This document shows positions 58,690-64,000 of a stretch of 64,000 nt of DNA, in pieces. A program made the position numbers and the translations under genes. Positions within the stretch are counted from its first letter, which is position 1. Each line of letters opens with the position of its first letter. Under the pieces are notes generated by a model. That model did no database searches. It worked only from the letters and a program-made list of their open reading frames with translations, and was not told where the DNA came from. Source of the DNA: Alphaproteobacteria bacterium (lineage in GTDB: Bacteria; Pseudomonadota; Alphaproteobacteria; Bin95); the NCBI GenBank assembly GCA_963665325.3, contig OZ224045.1, positions 224,001 to 288,000 of the forward strand, read 5' to 3'.

Positions 58690-58714
58690 CCTGATTCTTG
58701 GGCCTATATGGCGC

Positions 58715-60802
58715 ATGGCGCGACAGGGCGACAAGAGAGGCAAAGGAAGCGCGGGGCAGCGGCGCCGTGGTGGTCCGAGTCTGCGCAAAGAGCCGGGCGG
58801 CAAAGCCGGCCCCGCCGCGAAGCCGCCGCTTTCGCCCGGTCGAAATCTCCAAGGGAAAGCGGGGACAGCGGCGTCCGGGAGGAAACCGGCGAGGCGAACC
58901 CGCAGCAGGAGAAGAAGATCCGGTGGCGCGTCCGGCGCGCGTCGATCCCTGTGGCGGCGTTTGTTCTCGGGGATTGCGGTCGCCGGCGTATGGGGACTAA
59001 TCGCCCTTATCGCGGTACTCGCCTATTTTTCCTACACCTTGCCCGACGTCGAGCAGGCTGCGGAAAGCGGCCGGCGTCCCGGCATTTTCCTCAACGATGT
59101 GGACGGCAATCCCGTTCTCGCGAAGGGCGACCTTTACGGCGACCCCGTGAATGCGGCCAAGCTGCCTGACTATGTGCCGCGCGCCGTCATCGCAATCGAG
59201 GACCGGCGCTTTTACGACCATAGCGGCATCGACCTGATCGGCCTGGCCCGGGCCTTGTGGGTCAATATCGTCCAGGGAAGCGTGCGCCAGGGTGGCAGTA
59301 CGATTACCCAGCAATTGGCGAAAAACGTCTTCCTCACGCCGGAGCGGTCCATCGAGCGCAAGATTCGCGAGGCGTTGCTCGCATTCTGGCTAGAGTGGCG
59401 TTACGACAAGGACCACATCATTTCGCTATACCTGAACCGGGTCTATTTCGGTTCCGGGGCCTACGGCATCGACGCCGCCGCAAGGCGCTTCTTCTCCAAG
59501 CCGGCCGCCGAACTCGGCCTCTGGGAAGCCGCTGTGCTCGCCGGCCTGCTGAAGGCGCCGAGCCGCCTCTCGCCCGTGGCCAATCCGGCGGGCGCCGGCG
59601 AACGCGGTCGGCTTGTGCTGAGAGCGATGGCCGACGCCGGCTTCATCTCCGCCGAGCGGGCCCAGAAGGCGGCCGCTTCCACCTTGCGGACCAGCGCCGA
59701 ACCCGATGGACGCGGCTATTTCGCGGACTGGGTACTGGGCCAGGTCAACCGGCGCATGGGAATGGTGGACCGGGACCTCCGTATCGCCACGACCTTCGAT
59801 CCCGGCCTGCAACGTCTGGCGGCCGAAACGGTTGACGCAGCGCTGGCGGGCAAGGCCAATCCCTCTCAGGCGGCGCTTGTCGCGATGTCGCCCGATGGCG
59901 CCGTGCGGGCGATGGTAGGCGGAAGGGACTATGGCACGAGCCAATTCAACCGCGCGACGCAGGCGGTCCGCCAGCCGGGCTCGGCCTTCAAATTGTTCGT
60001 ATATATGGCGGCGCTGGAGCGAGGCCTGCATCCGGACGACATGGTGACCGATGCCCGGGTCGATGTGGGCGGCTGGAAGCCGAGGAATTTCGACGGCCGG
60101 TTCCGCGGCTCTGTCCCCATGCGGGAAGCCTTCGCGCAATCGCTGAACGCCGCTGCCGTCCGTCTTGCCGACCGGGCCGGGCGCGCGCGCGTTGCCGAAG
60201 CCGCGCGCCGGCTAGGCATCACCTCGGACCTGGCGCCCGATCTCACCATTGCGCTCGGCTCCAGCGGCGTGAGGCTCATAGAGTTGACCAGCGCCTACGC
60301 CACCTTCGCGAATGGCGGCGCAGGCGTAATCCCGTACGGCGTTCGGGAGATCGAGGGCATATTCCGGCGGGCCGGCACCGGCGCGGGCGAGGCCGTGGCG
60401 CCGGGCGTGGTGGCATCCATGAACGATCTTCTGGCCGCCGTCGTTTCGCAGGGCACCGGCGAGGCCGCCCGGCTTGCCGACCGGCGGTCCGCAGGCAAGA
60501 CAGGCACCAGCCAGTCCTTCCGCGACGCCCTCTTCGTGGGGTTCACCGGGAACCTGGTTGCCGGCGTCTGGGTCGGCAACGACGACGGCACGCCCATGGA
60601 CGAGGTTACGGGCGGCGGACTGCCGGCGCGCATCTGGCACGATTTCATGGCGGCGGCCCATGAAGGCGCACGGGCGCGCCCGATTCCCGGTATCGGCTCG
60701 GGCAGAACGCTCTACCCCTTCCGTCCGAAGATCGGCGGCCGGGCCTCGGCGACATCTGTCGTGCCGTCCGCAGCGCCGCCCGACCCGTCCAACGACCCTT
60801 AG
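58715..60802 (+). CDS. Class A penicillin-binding protein (PBP1A family)
   Basis: EDRRFY.H.G.D, GGSTITQQLAKN, RKIRE, SAFK, SLN, KTG. Confidence 0.93.
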   Translation: MARQGDKRGKGSAGQRRRGGPSLRKEPGGKAGPAAKPPLSPGRNLQGKAGTAASGRKPARRTRSRRRRSGGASGARRSLWRRLFSGIAVAGVWGLIALIAVLAYFSYTLPDVEQAAESGRRPGIFLNDVDGNPVLAKGDLYGDPVNAAKLPDYVPRAVIAIEDRRFYDHSGIDLIGLARALWVNIVQGSVRQGGSTITQQLAKNVFLTPERSIERKIREALLAFWLEWRYDKDHIISLYLNRVYFGSGAYGIDAAARRFFSKPAAELGLWEAAVLAGLLKAPSRLSPVANPAGAGERGRLVLRAMADAGFISAERAQKAAASTLRTSAEPDGRGYFADWVLGQVNRRMGMVDRDLRIATTFDPGLQRLAAETVDAALAGKANPSQAALVAMSPDGAVRAMVGGRDYGTSQFNRATQAVRQPGSAFKLFVYMAALERGLHPDDMVTDARVDVGGWKPRNFDGRFRGSVPMREAFAQSLNAAAVRLADRAGRARVAEAARRLGITSDLAPDLTIALGSSGVRLIELTSAYATFANGGAGVIPYGVREIEGIFRRAGTGAGEAVAPGVVASMNDLLAAVVSQGTGEAARLADRRSAGKTGTSQSFRDALFVGFTGNLVAGVWVGNDDGTPMDEVTGGGLPARIWHDFMAAAHEGARARPIPGIGSGRTLYPFRPKIGGRASATSVVPSAAPPDPSNDP

Positions 60803-60821
60803 CCCGCATTTCTGGCGAAGG

Positions 60822-61796
60822 TCATGGTCCCCGCGCGGCGCCGGGTCGTTGTCCCCTGCCCTCGTTCAGCCTGGCCAGAATGCGCTCCTCGAGCGGTGTC
60901 CAATCGTCGGCGGGTATTCGGCCTGCCTCGGACAAGGTCTTGAAGATCTCCGCAAATCTCGTGTCGAGGTCGACCGCCGGCGCCCATGAGAACGCGTTCG
61001 AAAATGCGGTTGGATCGGCCGTGCAATGCACATCGTGGAACGGGAACCATTCCCTTGCTCTTGCATCGCCGTTGGCGGTTCCGACGCATCTGATCTCGAC
61101 CTCGCGGCCCGCAGCCCCGGCCAACCTGTGCACCAGATCGGTCGTGGCAATCATTTGAGGATCGGCGACATTGAAGGCGCGAAAGCCCTGAGGGGCATGT
61201 CGCAGCCATGCGCATACGGCCGTGCCAAGGTCATCCTCATGCACGAACTGGCACCACGCGTTCCCTGACCCCGGTACAAGCACAGGGCGGCCGGCGAGAA
61301 TCCGGCGGAAGAACCAGGTTTCACGGTCGAGATTGTTGTTCGGCCCGCAGATATAAGGAGGGCGCAAGGCCGTCGCGGCAGCGAACCCGCCAGCGGCATA
61401 TACATGTTCGACCTCGGTCTTGCCCCGACCGTAGTCCGCCCATGCCGCCGCGCCGCCGATGGGCTCGGTTTCGGTCGGCGGTTGACGGACATTGTCGGCA
61501 TAGACCGCCACGCTGGTGACGACCACTGCGGTCGCGACGCGCCCGCCCAGTGCCTCGATCAGGATTTCGGCCTGCCGCGGGGTATAGCAGTTCGTATCCA
61601 CAACCGCGTCGAACCGCCGGTCCCCAAGGGCGGCCGTCACCGCAGACGGGTCATTCCGGTCAGCGGTCAGTTGGGTCGTGCCCGCGATCGGACGCGACCC
61701 GCGGTTCAACAGGGACAGGTCGTGTCCTTCCGCAAGCAGCGCCCGCACGATGGCGTGGCCGACGAAGCCCGATCCCCCGATGACAAGTATGTTCAT
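60822..61796 (-). CDS. NAD-dependent epimerase/dehydratase family
   Basis: GGSGFVG, LLNRG, YGRGK, LRPPYICGP. Confidence 0.85.
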   Translation of the reverse strand: MNILVIGGSGFVGHAIVRALLAEGHDLSLLNRGSRPIAGTTQLTADRNDPSAVTAALGDRRFDAVVDTNCYTPRQAEILIEALGGRVATAVVVTSVAVYADNVRQPPTETEPIGGAAAWADYGRGKTEVEHVYAAGGFAAATALRPPYICGPNNNLDRETWFFRRILAGRPVLVPGSGNAWCQFVHEDDLGTAVCAWLRHAPQGFRAFNVADPQMIATTDLVHRLAGAAGREVEIRCVGTANGDARAREWFPFHDVHCTADPTAFSNAFSWAPAVDLDTRFAEIFKTLSEAGRIPADDWTPLEERILARLNEGRGQRPGAARGP

Positions 61797-62428
61797 CCCG
61801 CAGGGAGCGTGGCGGCGCGGAAGCGGTCCTTGGCGAGGGCAGCGTCCAGGGAACGCTTGACTGCCGGCGGCCCCGTCTCGGGCGTCACCTTGAGCAGGAC
61901 GAACGACGTGCCGTTGGCCTCACGGAGCAGCCGGCCCGCTTCCTCGATCTCATCGGATTCGGATACCGAGCGAACCGCCGGGACTCCGGCCCCCGACGCC
62001 ATCGCGGCGAGGTCCACGCCCAGCGAGGTGTGGCTCTTCTGGTAGCCCGTCTCGCCGTAATGGCCGTTATCGACGCAGACGATGGAGAGGTTGGGCGGAT
62101 TCAAGATCGCGACGGTGGCGAGCGAGCCGACATTCATCAGTAATTCTCCGTCGCCCGTCAGCACCAGAATCCGGCGGTCCGGCCGGGCGAGCGCGAGGCC
62201 CAGTCCCATGGCGACCGCACCGCCCATGACGCCTGCGCAGGCGAAATAGTTGGCCTCCGGCTCGCACATGGATGCCGTGTCCCTTGCCGTGCCAGCGAGC
62301 CCGGCGACGATCAACCAGTCCTGCGCGTTGCCGACGAGCGCCGGCACGGCCTCGCGCCTGTCCAGGGTGCCGACGGGACTCATCTCGGCCGCAGTCCCGG
62401 CCCGGAATATCTCATTCATCGCTTCCAT
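61793..62428 (-). CDS. TPP-dependent decarboxylase beta subunit (sulfopyruvate/phosphonopyruvate decarboxylase-like)
   Basis: GVMGGA, TGDGELLMN, DNGHYGETG. Start uncertain. Confidence 0.82.
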   Translation of the reverse strand: MEAMNEIFRAGTAAEMSPVGTLDRREAVPALVGNAQDWLIVAGLAGTARDTASMCEPEANYFACAGVMGGAVAMGLGLALARPDRRILVLTGDGELLMNVGSLATVAILNPPNLSIVCVDNGHYGETGYQKSHTSLGVDLAAMASGAGVPAVRSVSESDEIEEAGRLLREANGTSFVLLKVTPETGPPAVKRSLDAALAKDRFRAATLPAG

Positions 62429-62435
62429 TTCCCCG

Positions 62436-62942
62436 TCAAAACGCCTTGGCGCCAATCAATTTCTGGGTCAGCAACACGCCCACCGCCTGCCCGGACTTGA
62501 AGACCATGGTGCAGGCTGCCCGCATCGCGCCCTCGACATCCTCCGGCCGGTCGATTCGCACGGTGATGAAGCCCATCGCCTCCATCACGGGCTCCACCGC
62601 TTGTCCCATCGGCATCTGCCAGGGGTTGCCCTCGCCGAAATCGCCGCGCATCGACACCAGCACCAGCATCGGAAAGAGGCCGTTCTTCACCAGCGAGAAC
62701 ATGTTGACGCAATTGCCGATGCCGGAGGACTGCATCGCCGCAACCCCGCGCGCGCCGCCGAGATGGGCGCCAGCGAGCATGGCAATCCCTTCCTCCTCCG
62801 TGGTCAGCGGCACGGAGTGCATCTCGGGGTCCTCCAGAGACTTGTCGATCAACACCCGGTGGCCGGCGTCCGGCACATAGTTCACCTGGCTGACCTCGAA
62901 CTCCTTGAGGACCCGGTAAAGGTCCTCCTGCCAATCCGTCAT
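62436..62942 (-). CDS. TPP-dependent decarboxylase alpha subunit (ComD-like)
   Basis: YVPDAGH, TTEEEGIA, MQSSGIGN, RGDFGE.NPWQ.PMG. Confidence 0.82.
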   Translation of the reverse strand: MTDWQEDLYRVLKEFEVSQVNYVPDAGHRVLIDKSLEDPEMHSVPLTTEEEGIAMLAGAHLGGARGVAAMQSSGIGNCVNMFSLVKNGLFPMLVLVSMRGDFGEGNPWQMPMGQAVEPVMEAMGFITVRIDRPEDVEGAMRAACTMVFKSGQAVGVLLTQKLIGAKAF

Positions 62943-62970
62943 CGTTTCATGTCCTCTCCGGGAGAAGGGC

Positions 62971-63939
62971 TCACAACTGCGCGCGAACCGCCGCCGCAAT
63001 GCCGTCCGGCCCCACGCGCAACATGTCTTCGAGCGGCTTTGCGTAAGGGATCGGGACGCGCGGCGCGCCGAGCCGCTTCACCGGTGCCTTCAGGCTGCCG
63101 AACAGCGCTTCCGAGACGGTTGCGGCGACCTCAGCCCCGAAGCCGCCCACCGAAACCGCTTCATGCGCCACCACCAGCCGCCCTGTCCTGCGCACGGAGG
63201 CCAGCACCGTCTCGCGGTCCCAGGGCCAGAGCGTGCGCAGGTCGATGACCTCCACCGACACGCCCTCCTCCGCAAGTGCCTCGGCCGCAGCATCGGCATT
63301 GCGGACCATGGCGGACCAGGAAACCACGGTTGCGTCGCTGCCCTCGCGGACGATCCGCGCGGTGCCTAGCGCGTCGGGCGGCTCGTCCTCGCCGAGCTCC
63401 TCCTCGATCCCCCACAGGTCCTTGTGTTCCATATAGACGACAGGATCGTCGCTGCGGATGGCGGCCTTCAGCAGGCGCAGATTGTCTCTGGGCGTCGCCG
63501 GCGTGACCACGGTCAGGCCCGGAATATGCACATACCAGGCTTCCAGCGACTGCGAGTGCTGCGCGGCGGAAGACCGCCACATGCCCATCGGCTCGCGGAC
63601 GACCAGCGGCACACCGCCCTGCCCGCCGAACATGTAGCGGGCTTTAGCCGCCTGGTTCACAAGCTCGTCCACGGCGCAGAGCGCGAAATCGGCGAAACGC
63701 ATCTCCACCACAGGGCGCGTTCCCGCCAACGCGGCCCCGACCGAGGCTCCGAGAATCGCGGCTTCGGAAATCGGCGCGTCCGATATCCTGAGCGGCCCGA
63801 ACTCCTCGACCATGCCCGCATACTGTCCGAACACGCCGCCGCGCCCGAGGTCCTCGCCGACTGCCCACACGGTCGGATCGCGGCGCATCTCCTCGGCGAG
63901 CGCCCGCCGTCCAGCCTCCATATAGGTGGTCGTCACCAT
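62971..63939 (-). CDS. 2-oxoacid dehydrogenase E1 beta subunit
   Basis: GEDLG, DAPISE, AAQHSQ, EVIDLRTL, HEA. Confidence 0.92.
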   Translation of the reverse strand: MVTTTYMEAGRRALAEEMRRDPTVWAVGEDLGRGGVFGQYAGMVEEFGPLRISDAPISEAAILGASVGAALAGTRPVVEMRFADFALCAVDELVNQAAKARYMFGGQGGVPLVVREPMGMWRSSAAQHSQSLEAWYVHIPGLTVVTPATPRDNLRLLKAAIRSDDPVVYMEHKDLWGIEEELGEDEPPDALGTARIVREGSDATVVSWSAMVRNADAAAEALAEEGVSVEVIDLRTLWPWDRETVLASVRRTGRLVVAHEAVSVGGFGAEVAATVSEALFGSLKAPVKRLGAPRVPIPYAKPLEDMLRVGPDGIAAAVRAQL

Positions 63940-64000
63940 CGGAATACTGCCTCGCGCGGGTCGCCCACATCTTGCACATCCGCATAGAGGGCCGCCGTCT
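63933..64000 (-). CDS. Probable E1 alpha subunit, C-terminal fragment
   Basis: Translated by hand: ...TAALYADVQDVGDPREAVFRW*. Overlaps the E1 beta start. Confidence 0.55.
   Translation of the reverse strand, partial: TAALYADVQDVGDPREAVFRW

Noticed and set aside
1-64000. Prophage, IS, integron or defence system
   Set aside because: No integrase, transposase, reverse transcriptase, phage or defence-nuclease motifs were recognised in any frame.

Overview
High-GC chromosomal window from an alphaproteobacterium, judged from the ispH-thrB-rnhA, aroQ-accB-accC-aat, zf-CHCC-polA and yajC-secD-secF-Mth938 gene orders. It is densely coding (about 65 CDS and one tRNA-Arg CCG), and housekeeping blocks alternate with many catabolic or redox accessory enzymes. 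No integrase, transposase, prophage or CRISPR array is visible. Four things stand out. (1) Two genes that the ORF track splits are very probably selenoproteins read through an in-frame TGA: a UGSC-type protein fused to a large conserved domain (35952-37598) and a stand-alone GrdB/PrdB-like protein (57472-58689). Both have a UxxCT motif and a hairpin starting 10 nt after the TGA. (2) An unannotated intergenic element occurs twice in inverted orientation (about 29990-30285 + and 46480-46930 -). Each copy has a promoter, a conserved multi-hairpin leader, an RBS and ATG, and CATGAC repeats. A 10-bp-phased CATGAC array also occurs on its own at 33034-33072. (3) An MntR regulator is fused in frame to oligopeptidase B. 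(4) A GT2-FolM-FolB-acyl-CoA ligase operon suggests a modified pterin. All product calls come from motif recognition by eye; no database searches or folding programs were run.
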